Shown here: positions 1 to 13,893 of the stretch, in pieces
Layout: each line of letters starts with the position of its first letter
Numbering within the stretch: position 1 is the first letter of the stretch
Origin: Anaeromyces robustus
Taxonomy: Eukaryota
Length of the DNA stretch: 64,000 bases
Reading direction: 5' to 3'
Assembly: GCA_002104895.1 (NCBI GenBank)
Contig: MCFG01000068.1
Location: 1 to 64,000 of the forward strand
Translations under genes and position numbers: made by a program
The notes under the pieces: model-generated
The model's input: the letters and a program-made list of their open reading frames with translations, nothing else
What the model was told of the DNA's origin: nothing
Databases searched by the model: none

Positions 1-2
1 TA

Positions 3-134
3 AATATTGATTCAATTAAAAATAAACCTTTTAATACTAATTCTTATATAGGATCAACATTTTGTAAACAAAAAGGAAAAGTTGTTAAAAAAATTATTAA
101 ATCTAATTTTCAAATATATTTTCTTTCCATATAG
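3..134 (+). other. Possible 3' end of a coding exon truncated by the window edge
   Basis: Stop-free frame from position 3 (NIDSIKNKPFNTNSYIGSTFCKQKGKVVKKIIKSNFQIYFLSI*) ending at TAG 132-134. No recognisable motif; could be chance. Confidence 0.25.
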
Positions 135-1508
135 TAATAAGTCATAATAATAAGTTTTTTTTTTTTAAGGTTTAATACCTTTATATTTTATTAATCTTTT
201 TTCTTCCTTTTTACAAACTAATATAAAAGTTAAACAATTACGTATTTAAAAAAACTTATATAATATATAGAATTAAGTGTATATATGTAAAATATAATTA
301 AAGATTTAAAAGAAAAAAATGATTAAAAAATATTGTAAAAAAATATTTAATAATAATAACATATAAGAACATTGTTCTTGGTGTATAAATAAGAAATCAT
401 ATTAAATGTTTATATCTTACTAAATTAAAAATATATTGAATTATATAATATAAAAAATAAAATTAATTTTAATAATTTAAAATAGAAAAAAGTTTTTTTT
501 TTTTTTTGATGGATGTTAAAAATAATAATTAAAAAAATTAATAATAATTAATTTGTGGAGTAAAAAAAATTAAAAAAATAAAGAATTAAAAATAAATTTA
601 TTATTCTTTTTTGTTTTTAACAGTTTATTTATTTGGATTTTATTTGGATTTTCATTTATTATTTAATTAATAAAATAATTCAATTCAATTCAATTCAATT
701 CAATACATTTTAAATTATTGAAAAAATAAAATAAAAAAATAAAAAAAAAATTATTTTGATTTTGATTTTGATTTTGATTTTGTTAACTTATATTAAATTT
801 TTTTTTCTCTTTCTACCATATAAAAAAATAATTTTGGAAAAAGTTTAATTCGTAATTCATAATTCAAATTATAATCTGAAAATATAATTTAAAAAAAAAA
901 AAAATTTTTTTTTTAATTTATTTTGACAGTATTCATTATTTTTAATTATTAATAATTTTTTAATTATTATTTTTAATTATTTAATTTTTAATTATTTTAT
1001 TTTTATTATTACTTTAACCTATCTTTTAATAACAATAATGAATAATAATAATGAATAATAAAAGAATAATAAATTTATATTTATATTTATATATTAATTA
1101 TTAAATTATAAATCATTTTAATAGTATTTAAAATACTACAAAAAAATAATAACAAAAAATTAATAAAAAAATTCATTTGATTTTTATTATTATATTTAGA
1201 GATTTAGAGAATTACACAGAATGGTTTTAAAAAAAGGTTTTGATTTTCTTTAAAATTAATAACTTTGGATATAGTTAAATGAATGTAATATAATATTTAA
1301 AAACTACTATAATATTTTCTAGGTTTTCTTCTTTTCTTGCTATATTATATATTTTTATAATTATTTTTTTTTACAATATTTAAAATAATACTAATTCATT
1401 TTAACTTATTAATTATATAATTGCATTTATTTATTAAATATTAATTAGAAGAACTTTATATAATTTTAATAATTAATATACTTTAAAAAAAAATTTATTA
1501 TATTTCTT

Positions 1509-1745
1509 TTTAAGGAAAAACAGAAATAATCAAAAAAAAATAATGAATAATGAATAAAGAAATAATGAATAAAAAAAAAAAAAAAGGTAAAATTATTATT
1601 TTAATTTTTAATATTTTTAATTTTATAATTTATAATATTTAAAATGATCTTAAATCTTTAAAAAAAGAAAAAAGAAAAAAAAAAGAAAGAAACAATTATT
1701 TTTAACTTATTTTTTGATTATTTCATTCTTCTGTTTTTCCTTAAA
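1509..1745. mobile_element. MITE-like inverted-repeat element
   Basis: tttaaggaaaaacagaa (1509-1525) is the exact reverse complement of ttctgtttttccttaaa (1729-1745). An inner pair, aaataatcaaaaaa / ttttttgattattt, extends the match. No coding capacity. Confidence 0.4.
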
Positions 1746-2342
1746 TATATTGAACAAAGTAAAATAATCAAAAATCAAATAATTTTTGAAATAATCTTTT
1801 AATTCTAAAAATCCATTTTTATTAATTAATTATTTTTTTATATTTTATATTTTTATATTTTTTGATTTTTTTTAATATAAAGAAATTTATAATAAATAAA
1901 GTTTAAAACTCATAAAAAATTTTTTTTAATTATTAAGATTATTAATTTAGATTATTTTTGGATAATTTGATTATTAAATTTTTAGATTATTAGATTATTT
2001 ATTTAGATTATATAAGATTTCTTTTTTCTTTTAAAAAATACTTTAAAAATAATAATTATCCATATGTCATTAAAAAAAAAAAAAAAAAAAACTAAATTTT
2101 TTATTTTATATTTTAAAATAATTAATTATCCATCCATTATGTCAAATAAATTATACTAAAATTTTTAAAAAAGATAAAATATAAAATATAAAATATAAAA
2201 TTATATTTATTTATTTATTATCATATACTTATAAAAAAGAAAATAATAACATATAATTTTTTTTTTTACTTTAAATGAAATAAAAATTATGATAATTAAA
2301 TTAATTATTATTATTACTTATTATTATTACTTATTATAACAG

Positions 2343-2412
2343 TTAAATAAAAAAGACAAGAAATACCAGTTAACTTTTATATTTATTGGAATTTCTTGTC
2401 TTTTTTATTTAA
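2343..2412. repeat. Perfect 22-bp inverted repeat (hairpin/cruciform)
   Basis: ttaaataaaaaagacaagaaat (2343-2364) and atttcttgtcttttttatttaa (2391-2412) are exact reverse complements with a 26-nt spacer. Confidence 0.85.
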
Positions 2413-2709
2413 GTTTTTTTTTCCTTATTTAGTATTTTAAATCTAGTAAGACATAAAAGTATTCAGTATGATTTCCTTTTTTTTTTTTTTTCTCCTTCTT
2501 TTATATATACTTTATTAAATTTAATATATTATTATTGTTTTATTATATCAATATATATTTATATATATTTATTATATTTATCTTTCTTTTATTTTTATAT
2601 TATATTATTATATAATTTCAATATCAATCAATAAATATATATAAAGAATGTCATATCCATATATTATATATATTATTCCAAAAAATTATATTTTTTAGTA
2701 ATAAATATA

Positions 2710-2768
<59 letters not shown>

Positions 2769-3662
2769 ATTAGCATTTTATCTGTCCTTTTTTTTTTATT
2801 ATTAATTATGAATTTATTATGTCTTTTTTATTTTTTTATTTTTTTTGACTATGTTTTTTTTTTTATTTTAGTAATAATTTAATTATTACCATAATAAGAA
2901 AAAGTCAATCATCATTTTATTCATCAGTTCCATATATTAATCAGTATAATATAATATATTGTATTTATATAATTACCTAAAAAAAGTATGGGTAAAGTAC
3001 CGATCTATTCATTATCAACTTATAAAAAAATAAATTAAAAAATTAAAAATTTTTATTAATTATTATATTAATATAAATCATATTATTTGTCAAAATAATT
3101 AACCTTATTTTCTAAAATTCTATTGGTTAAAAAATGCTTCCATTTCTACTTAATTAAATATTTTGTACAACATTGAAAAAAAAAAGACTATAAAGATAAT
3201 AAAGATAAAATGCATAGAAAAATAGAAAATAAAAAAAAAATTTTTTTTTTTATAATTTAATAGTATAATATAAAAAAATTGAATAAAATATAATATAAAT
3301 ATAATAATATAATATATTATGTATTATATTATTATAAATTATATATATAATAAATTGTCATTTATAATATTATAAATTAAATTCTATGAAAATTTGAAAT
3401 GTTTTTTTTTTTACTAAATAAATAAATAAATAAAAAAAAGCAAAAAAGCAAACAATTAACCAAATAAAATTTTTAAAATTATTAGAATTATTAAAAATAA
3501 TAATTAAAGTTAAAAAAAAAAGTTTATACCATAAATTAATGAATAAATATTATTAAATTAAATAAATTCTTCATTATTTCATTATTCATTCCTACTAAAT
3601 AAATTTTTAGGTTAAATAAAATAAAATAAAATAAAAATAAAATAAAATTAAATACTATATCT

Positions 3663-3729
3663 TTTTGATTTTGTATGACTAACATTAATTAATAATATAA
3701 GATTACTGTTAGTCATAACAAAATCAAAA
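3663..3729. repeat. Near-perfect inverted repeat
   Basis: ttttgattttgtatgactaaca pairs with tgttagtcataacaaaatcaaaa, with a single 1-nt bulge. Confidence 0.8.
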
Positions 3730-4568
3730 TATAAAATACAAAATATAATATAAACGGAACTTAAAAAAAAATATCATTTTCAAAATTTTTTTTATCTTAT
3801 GATTTTTTTAATGTTTATAAACTTTTTATTAATTAATTTAAATAACAATTTTATTTTATTTTATTTTATTTTATTTATTTATTTATCATTACTATACCTA
3901 AATAATATAAATGACCATTTATAATTATTATTTATTATTTCCATTGTAAATAATCTTTTAGAATTTTTAATATTTTACTTATTAAAATTCTAAAAAAAAA
4001 AAAAAAAAAGAAACTTTAATTATAAAAATAAAAAAAAAAATAAAAACTTTTTTTATTTATTCATTCTATTATTTCCATATTATTCTTTAAATATTAATAA
4101 TAATAATTATTAATAAAGTTTTCTTTTTTGTTTTTTTTTTTTTTTATGCATTTAATTATGATTTTATGAGGCTTTTCTTTAAATTACATTTAAATAGTGA
4201 AATGGTTACTTCTTTAGTAATAAACTTTAAAAGTAAACTATAAAAAATAATATAATTAAAAAAAAAATTAATAAAAAATTCATCAGTCATTGTCAAATTA
4301 AATAATCAATTGTTAAAAAAAAAAAAAAAAAAAAAACATTAAAACCTATTTTTTAAAAAAGGATGTCTTTCAATATAAACATTTTATTATGAATGATTAA
4401 TACAATTCAATTAAATTTATTTAATATTTTGATCTTTTAAAATTAAACCTATATAATGAATATATTTTTTAAAAAAAATGTATATGTATATTGAAGTGTA
4501 AAGAAATATGAACATTTTCATTTATAATATATATATATTATTTATAATATATTAATATGATTTACTTA

Positions 4569-4604
<36 letters not shown>

Positions 4605-4977
4605 TCTCTTAACTTAATTTAAAGTTTATTATAACTTATTAATTAGGTATTATTTTTATAATCTATTAAATCTATATAAATATCTAATTAAATAACCTTT
4701 TTACCTTTTTTATAATTGAAAAATTTTTTTTTGCCTTTCATAGATTATACTTAAATCAGTAATTATATCATTTATATTTAAAGAATTCATTGTCTATAAA
4801 AATTGTATATATATATATATTTATATAACTTTATAATTTTTGAAATATATATTAATAATATTATGTTAACTTCTATACAGCAAATTGGAAAAAAATAATT
4901 ATTATACATTATTATATAATAACTATAATAATTATTATATTTTAAATATAATTATAATTACATATTTAATAATTTAA

Positions 4978-5016
<39 letters not shown>

Positions 5017-5056
5017 ATATACATATATTATATTTAATCTACAAAAATACTTCGCC

Positions 5057-5209
5057 AATAAATCATTGATTCTAATTATACAGTTGTCTACATTATTTAT
5101 ACTTTATTAATTAATTAATAATTATACTTTTTTCTTCCTCATTAATATATATTATACTTGTAATTTTTAATTTAAGGTATAATAATCATTATGGTTAAAT
5201 AAAAGTATA

Positions 5210-5240
<31 letters not shown>

Positions 5241-5403
5241 GAAAGTCATCATAATATTAAAAATAGGAAATAGGAATATTTATTATATATTATATATATA
5301 AAATTTTTATTATGAGTATAAAGACAAGATTAAGTATAATTATTAATAAGTTAAGCATAAATAATGTGGACAAACTGAATAATTATAATTAATTAATTTA
5401 TTG
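5057..5403. mobile_element. Degenerate ~70-bp terminal inverted repeats bounding ~350 bp; MITE-like
   Basis: The left arm caataaatcattgattctaattatacagttgtctacattattta...taataattatactt aligns with the reverse complement of aagtataattattaat...aaataatgtggacaaactgaataattataattaattaatttattg. Confidence 0.5.
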
Positions 5404-7904
5404 AAAAAAAAAAAAAAAAACTTTAAATTATATAATCATTGTCAATGAAATAATTATTATATATATATATATAGTATAATCTAAAAAGTAAGAAGTAAAA
5501 AAAAAAAAGTTTTACTTTTTAAAATTATGAAATAATTCAAAATAATAGAAAAAAAATTAAAATATATATTTTAATTTAATCAGTACATGAAAAATAAAGA
5601 ACCTTCAATAATGAAAATTATTTACTTTTTTTATATATATATAAATATATATATCATGATCATCTTCAATAAAATATTAAGCATAGTAAAAATTTATTAA
5701 AAACTTAAAATTTAAAGACAATGCTTATTAATATATGATCTAAAAAAAAAAAAAAAATTGTTTAATTTGGTATATTCTTTTTTTTTTTATTTTTTTAAAA
5801 AAAATTCTATAATTTTTATAATATTTTGATTTTATATGATGTACATTTTATAATATTTAAAATAATTAGATTAGTATAAGACAGTTTTATATTAGATTAA
5901 AATAATAAAATAATAGACATTTAAATTTAAATAAATGTAATTAATAATTATTAGAATTATTAAAAAAATAAAAAGAATTATTATAAAAATAAAAAGAATT
6001 ATAATAAAAATTAAATAAATGTACTAATAATTAATTATAAAAATTATAGTCAAATAATAAAAACAATAATAAAACAATAATAAAACAATATGCTTATAAT
6101 GTTATATATACTTTTTTTATTTTTTTCCTTTTTATTTAATATTTATTAAATAATTTTTTATTAAAATACACACTTTATAAATATTAAATTTTGTCCATCA
6201 TATCATGATCGTACTTTTTGATATTCATAATATTTTATTATTAATAAAAATAAATATATTTGTATTTTATTTATTTATTTATATATATTATAATATATTT
6301 AATTATATATATAAATTTATTAATCCGTGAAAACCAAGAAATCCAAGAAATGATACACAATATACATCATATATATCATATTGTATTATAGTAATATAAT
6401 AATATTTATTAATATATTAATATTACAATAATTTTAATTTTTAATTACATTAATTGTCATCATAAAAATTTAATTCTATATTTTTATTATATTGCGGAAA
6501 TTTATTAATATTTTTAATAATATACATATATACAATAGCACAAATAGATTTTAATATATGATAACATTAAATATAATATAATAAAATAAATGTAAAAATT
6601 TAGTGGCGCATGTATGGTGAAGACCTAAAAATTATTTACATTATTTAAATATAAAATTAACTATATAATTAAAAAACAAGAATAGTTTTGTTGACTATTT
6701 TTATAACAAATAAATAATTAAATGAATAAATAAATGAATGAATGAATAAGTAATTGATGAATAAAATCATATTGAATAAATACTATAATATAAATAATAA
6801 GTTAATATATATATTATTAAAATATTTTCTATAATTTTAAAGTGACGTACAAATTGTGTGCCATAAAAAAAAAAAAAAAAAAATTCTATAATTTTATTAT
6901 CATACATAATACATAATACAATATATTGTGTCGTGTATATTATTAAAATTAAATAATAATAAATAATATTAAATATAGTAATATTGCCAATAAATTATAT
7001 ATATATATTCTATTCTATTCTATTATAATAAATTTTATTAAAAATAAATATATTATAAATTATATTATAAATAATGTATCATATAATGTATAATTAATGT
7101 ATAGTCTTTCAATAAATTGTAAAAATGATTTTATATTTTATTTTTTTTTTATATATAAAACAATAATTTTAAATTTTATTTATTAATTCTAATTTAACTA
7201 TATATTAAAGTTGAATTTAATTAAATAAAAATTATATATTATCATATATTGTTATTATAAACGAATAATATAATTATAAATTTTAATTTTTGTTTATTTT
7301 TTTTATTTTTTTATTTTTTTTTATTTAAGATGTTTTACATTTATTAAATTGACATTTTTATAAATAAAAAAATAAATAAATGAATATTCAAATAAATAAA
7401 TAAATGAATATTCAAAAAAATAAATTAATAAATGAATGAATTTACTTATTTAAATAAATAATAAATTAACATTAATCTATATAGTCTTTCTTTCTATAAT
7501 TTTTTAATTTTTTATTTTTTTTTAATAAATTTTTTTTTTACACTATTAATTATTAATTATTATAACAATAGTCATAATTATATTTTTTTTTATTCATAAC
7601 TAATTATTTTTTAGGATGTAAATGGAACAATAATAATAAAAGTATTTAATATTAATATTAATAAATACTAATCTTAATTGCAAATTAGACTATAACTTAA
7701 CTCATGTAATATATATTAAATATTAAACGATTACATTAAAAAAAAAGTAATAAATAAGTCATAATTAATATTATATTAACTAACTATGACTTTTAATAGA
7801 GTCTTTTATAACTTAATATAGAATTCAAAAGTTACAAATAATAAATGAATAAATAATTAATAAATAAATAAATAGAATAATTAATTATAATAATTTATAT
7901 AAGA

Positions 7905-8160
7905 TTAAATCTAAAAATTTATTTATTTAAATATTAATTTATTTATTTATTTAAATCTAAAAATTTATTTATTTATTTAAATCTAAAAATTTATTTATTT
8001 AAATATTAATTTATATATTTATTTAAATCTAAAAATTTATTTATTTAAATATTAATTTATTTATTTATTTAAATCTAAAAATTTATTTATTTAAATATTA
8101 ATTTATTTATTTATTTAAATCTAAAAATTTATTTATTTAAATATTAATCAATTTATTTAT
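7905..8160. repeat. ~46-bp minisatellite, about 5-6 copies
   Basis: Recurring unit ttaaatctaaaaatttatttatttaaatattaatttatttatttat, with one truncated copy. Confidence 0.85.
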
Positions 8161-9983
8161 TTATTTATTATTTATCTGGATTCTTCTACAAAATTATTAT
8201 TATCAATATCAAATTTTTTTTATTAGATCTATTTGTATGGTTAATAAAATAAAAAATAATTTGATGTTAAAATATCTTATTTTTTATAATTAATAATTAC
8301 AATTATAATAATTATAATTATAATTATAATTTATTTTTTTTTTTTATAAATTGTTAAGTTTAAAATTTCGTTTTGTTTTGTTTAAATATTTGGATAAAAA
8401 AAAAAACTCAATATTTATTTAATTATTGTTTAACTATTCATTTATATAATGGAAAAATAATTTAAAAAAAATAAAAAATTAGTTTTGATGGTTTTATAGT
8501 TAGTAAATAAAAAAAATAAAAAAAAAATTCACCAAAATTTTTACAATTATTAACCATCAAATAATCTGTTTTAATTTTATTTTTTATAATAAATAAAGTT
8601 TAAATTAAATTAAATTTGATTAAAATAAAAAAATAAATAAAAAAAAATGAATGACTATAAATTGAAAAAAAAAAAAAAAAAAAAAAAAAAGATTTTTAAT
8701 TATAATTTATGACCTGTCACAAAAATAAATAAATAAATAATAAATAGATAAATAATTTAAATAATTTAAATAAATGGATAAAGTAAATAAATAATTTATT
8801 TTATATTAAATAATTTGACTATTAAATAGAATTATTTATATAATATTATATTATATTATATATATTATATTATATTATATTATATCATTCTTCATATAAA
8901 TATTTATATAGAATTTCTTTATATATATTTTAGTATATTTTAATATATATAAAAATAATAAATGTTTTTAATTAATTTATTTATATATTTATTTATATAT
9001 TTTATTTGGATAATTTTTTTATTTATTAACTTTGTTGACTTTTTATTATTAAAATAATAAATATTTATTTATATATTATTTATTCATTCATTGATATAAT
9101 TACGGATTTTTATTCTAGCTTTTTTTATTAATATTAATAATATTAATATTAATATTTATACATATATTAGTTATTCTATTTAAATTTATTTTTATTCTAT
9201 TTTATTTATATTATTATTTATATTATAATATATTTATAATTATACTTCAAATTAATTATTTAAAATTTTTTTAATTTTTTTTTATTTTTATTATTGATTT
9301 TATTTTTAAGGTTTGTCTTTTTTTTTTTATTATTATTAATAAATAACAAAATAATAATAAAATAATAGTTAATAATAATTAAATAATAAATAATTATTTA
9401 TATATAAATATATAATAAATAGTTATATACTTTCTGTAAAAAAAATTATTAAAATATTAAATAATGATAATTATTTCATATTCATAAATTAAAAAAAAAA
9501 AAAAAAATATAAAAGAAAGAAATTATTCTCTTTTTTTGTATTTTTTAAATTCTTTTTTTTTTTCTTTATATTCATTTTTTTTTATAAATATTGTAATATT
9601 TCATTTTAAGAAAAAATTTCAATATCTTTTAATAAAATTTTTATTAAAATATATTTTAAATAAAACTTTTTTTGAAATTTAGAATATTTTTTTTTTTGTA
9701 AATTATTTATTATAGTAAAATTAGAGTATTTTTATTTTATTATATTATATATTTTTTTTTTACTTAGAAATATATATATATTTTTCAATTTCTTTGAAGT
9801 ATAAAAAATAATATACCAAATATAATAAAAAAAAAAATAAAAATTTTGAAACAACATATTATAATAAAAAAAAAACATTTAATAACAATAATAATAAAAA
9901 CGATTCCATTTATAAAAGTAAAATTATATTATAGTAAAATTTTTTCTCTATTATACCATATAAAATTAATATAAAAGATTAAA

Positions 9984-11430
9984 ATGAATACAACTGAAGG
10001 TTTAAACGTCACTAAAAGGTATTATCAAGATAATACATTTATAATCAATATAAAAAAAATTAAGAAATAGATAATTAAACATTTTTTTTTAAAAAAAATA
10101 TTAACAACAAATGTAATACTTTTATTATAATTAATTATAATATTATACAGATTACAAAATGAATTAATGCAATTAATGGTAAATATCAAATACTTCTTTT
10201 TTTTTTTCAATAAAATTAAAAAAAAAAAAAATTTAAATAATAATATTATTAATTTATATCCAATATTGTTTCAAAATAAAATGTTAATAAAATTTTGATA
10301 TTTTTAATCAATACCTATATATATTTTTACTTTAAAAAAAGATGGCAGGTATACCTGGCGTCTCTGCATTCCCAGAATCAGATAATTTACTTAGTTGGGT
10401 TGGAACTATAGAAGTATGTATCTTTGTTATTATATTAATTACAGTTATATTGTATATATAATGATATCTAATATTTATATATTTTAATATATAATTTTTT
10501 TTTTATCATTTAACAAAAAAAAATTAAAATAAAATAGGGTGCACCAGGAACTGTAAGTTTTTTTTTTTTTTTCTTCAATACGTTATTATTATATATATAT
10601 GAAGGATATTTTTTTATTTTTTTATTCTTTTTATTAATATATATAGTATATCTTTATATATAAATATAAATATATATAGGTATATCATGGTTTATCATAT
10701 AAATTATCCTTAAAATTCCCTGTTAATTATCCATACACTGCTCCAACTATAAAATTCACTACTCCTTGTTTCCATCCCAATGTAGATACAGAAGGAAATA
10801 TATGTTTAGATATTTTAAAAGTAAATATTATATATATATATATATATTTTTTTTTTTTTAATAAATTTTTGATTCATTATCCATTATAATATTTATAATT
10901 TTTGGTATTATTTTTGTGTAATAAAAGTATGAATATAATAAATTAATAAATTTTTTATTATATAAAAAACAATTAATATTAAATAAATTTTAGGATAAAT
11001 GGTCAGCTGTTTATAATGTACAAACTATTCTTTTATCTCTTCAAAGTTTACTTGGAGGTAATTATTAAATTATATAATTATAATAGTTATAATCATAATA
11101 CTTTTAACAAAAATAATAGTATAAATATAAGAAATATAATATTTATTTATATTAAATAATCTTTTATTAAATAAAATTCTATTATAAAATATAGAACCAA
11201 ATAATGATAGTCCATTAAATACATATGCCGCTCAAATGTGGAATAAACCAGAAGGTAATTAAAAAAAAAAAAAATTTGTATATATAAATATGTATTGCAT
11301 AATAATTTTAATGAATAAATTGATGATATTAATTTCTTTTATATATTTATATAATTTATTACATATATATGAATAATTTATAGAATTCAAAAAGCAAGTC
11401 ATAAAAATTCATAATACTGGTCAATTTTAA
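9984..11430 (+). CDS. UBE2C: Ubiquitin-conjugating enzyme E2 C (UbcH10/Ubc11/UbcP4 type, APC/C E2), 8 exons, 153 aa
   Basis: Exons 9984-10018, 10151-10178, 10342-10413, 10538-10552, 10680-10820, 10994-11057, 11195-11254, 11384-11430, all GT-AG and phase-consistent. Protein [83 protein letters not shown] carries the HPN motif, the catalytic Cys and UBE2C-family signatures. Confidence 0.96.
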
Positions 11431-11799
11431 AATTAAAAAGACAAAAATATAACCTAAGAAAACCCTAATAGCAAAATAATTTATAAATTAAAAATATCAA
11501 TAATTTACCAAAAAAAAAAAAAAAAATAATAATAATAATTATGCACACACACACACACCTATCATCATTAATTTATTAATCAAAAAATTTTTAATTACAA
11601 AAAAATTTTAAAATAAATTTTGTGAATTTACGTAATAGAAAAGAAAAAATAAAGTAAAAACTTATATATATATTTATGTACTTTTAATATAATATATAAT
11701 GTATAAAAGTTTATAAAAAATGTTATAAACTTTTATAAAAAAAAAAAAAATTTTAAAAAAAAAAAATAAATTATAAATAAATTATAATAAATTATAAAT

Positions 11800-12050
11800 A
11801 AATAAACTAAGTAAAATAAAATTATACTTTATTTATTTTTCTTTTCATACATTTGCTTCATGGTTAAATAAAAATTATATCTTTTAATTAATAATCATAT
11901 TTGAACAAATAAGATATTATAAATAAATAACTAAATAAATGAAATTAGTAAAATAAAAAATTATACTGAATTTATTTTCCTTTTTTTATATATATTTGCT
12001 TCATAGTTAAATAAAATTATACCCTTTTAATTAATAATCAAATTTGAACA
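11800..12050. repeat. Diverged tandem duplication (~140-bp unit x2)
   Basis: atttgcttcatggttaaataaaaattatatcttttaattaataatcatatttgaaca recurs as atttgcttcatagttaaataaaattatacccttttaattaataatcaaatttgaaca. Confidence 0.8.
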
Positions 12051-12849
12051 TAATAATATAAATTTATCTAAAATAACAAAGAGTATTTTCTAATAATAAA
12101 AGTAAAGATAAGACAGTCAGATTAAAATGATCATAATTTTTTTCCTATATAATCATTTTAATTTTCATAATAAGGATTATATTTTATATCTAAATTATAT
12201 ATATATATTTATTGTTTTATTAAGTTCTACATGATGTGTTCTTTTTTTTTTTTTTTTTAACTATATAAAATATAAAAAGTTTTGCATTATATCGTCATAA
12301 AAAAAAATTCAATTTTGATTTTATTTTAATATTTTATATATAAAAAAGTGATAAAAATAAAATAAAAAACATAAAAAAAAAAAAAAAAAAACATAAAAAT
12401 ATTGTTTAATATTTTATATTATAAAATTTCACTAAAAAAGAATGGAATTCAAAATACTACTACTAATAATAATAAAAAAAAGACAACCAAAATATAATTA
12501 TTAATATTTCCAGTTGTTATATTATCTATTTGTTTAAAAATTTTAAAAAATATTTTTATAAATTCATTCTTATTAAAAGTATATATATTAGAACGAACCA
12601 ATTATATATCTTATATATATAAGATGATAAAGTAATAATATTTATTTTTTTAAAAAGTTAAGTAAAAAAAAAAAAAAAATAGTTTAAATATTTAAAAATA
12701 GAAATTTCTTTTCATTTATTAAAGTTACTCCTTTAAAAAATTTCTGTTCTCTTTTTTTTTTATAAATAATAATAATAATAATATTAATAAAATAATAGTT
12801 TTTAATAAAATATTGGTTCAATTGATATTTATTTAAAAAAGAAAAAATT

Positions 12850-12884
<35 letters not shown>

Positions 12885-13161
12885 TATATATATTTTTTTT
12901 TAATTTTTAATTTTTCCAGTTTTGGTCAATAAAATAAAAAATAATATATTTTTATATTTATAGCATATATGTAATATTATTTAATATTAAGATTAAACAG
13001 CAAGAAAAAATAAATGAATATAATATAAAATATACATTATTATATAATAAAAAATGACTATAATAAACTAATTAAAAAATAATTATAGAAAAATAATAAT
13101 AAATAAATAAATAAAAAGTAAATTAAGAAATATAAAATAATAATAATACTAATAAAAAGAA

Positions 13162-13230
<69 letters not shown>

Positions 13231-13893
13231 CTGTTGATATTATAAATATTTATCGATATTAATGTTAATTTTATTTTATTATAACATATATTAATAAATT
13301 TTTGTATTTCTATATTTTTTGTATTTTTATATATTTTTTATATGTGTATTATTTTTTAATTTAATTTATATTAAAAAAAATTTTTTTTTATTTTCTGTAT
13401 AGTATTTTTTATCTAAAAAAAAAAAAAAAATAAAGATTTTTTATCATTTTTAAGCTAAACCTCTCATTTTTTTTTTAATAAAATTATGTAGAAAAAATAA
13501 TAATAATAATCTAATAAAAAAAATAAATTATTTAAAGTATCAAAACTTATTTGAATTTAATAAAAAAAAAGTATATAAAAAGTAAATTTTCTTTCCTTTT
13601 TTTTTATTTTATTTTAATTCAAGTATAATTTTTAATTTAGGAATAAAAAAAATATTAATATTATCAATAATGGAAGCAATTAAAATTTTCAATATTTTTA
13701 ATAATATTATACATTTTTTTGTAATTATATAAATTTTAATATATAAATAACAAGAGAGTGAGAAAAAAATAATAATAACTATTTTAACACTAAATTAATA
13801 TTAATAAAAAAAAAAGGAATAATAATAAATAATTTAACCAAAATTTTGACGATAACATTAGAAGAAAACGTACGAAAAAAGAGAAGGTTGAAT

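Noticed and set aside
6595..6870. Two short GC-richer patches (tagtggcgcatgtatggtgaagacc; aagtgacgtacaaattgtgtgcc) as element ends or an ncRNA
   Set aside because: Complementarity is weak, and there are no tRNA or snoRNA boxes or fold.
13160..13230. (AAT)n(ATT)n palindrome
   Set aside because: Head-to-head trinucleotide microsatellites are common throughout this sequence and uninformative.
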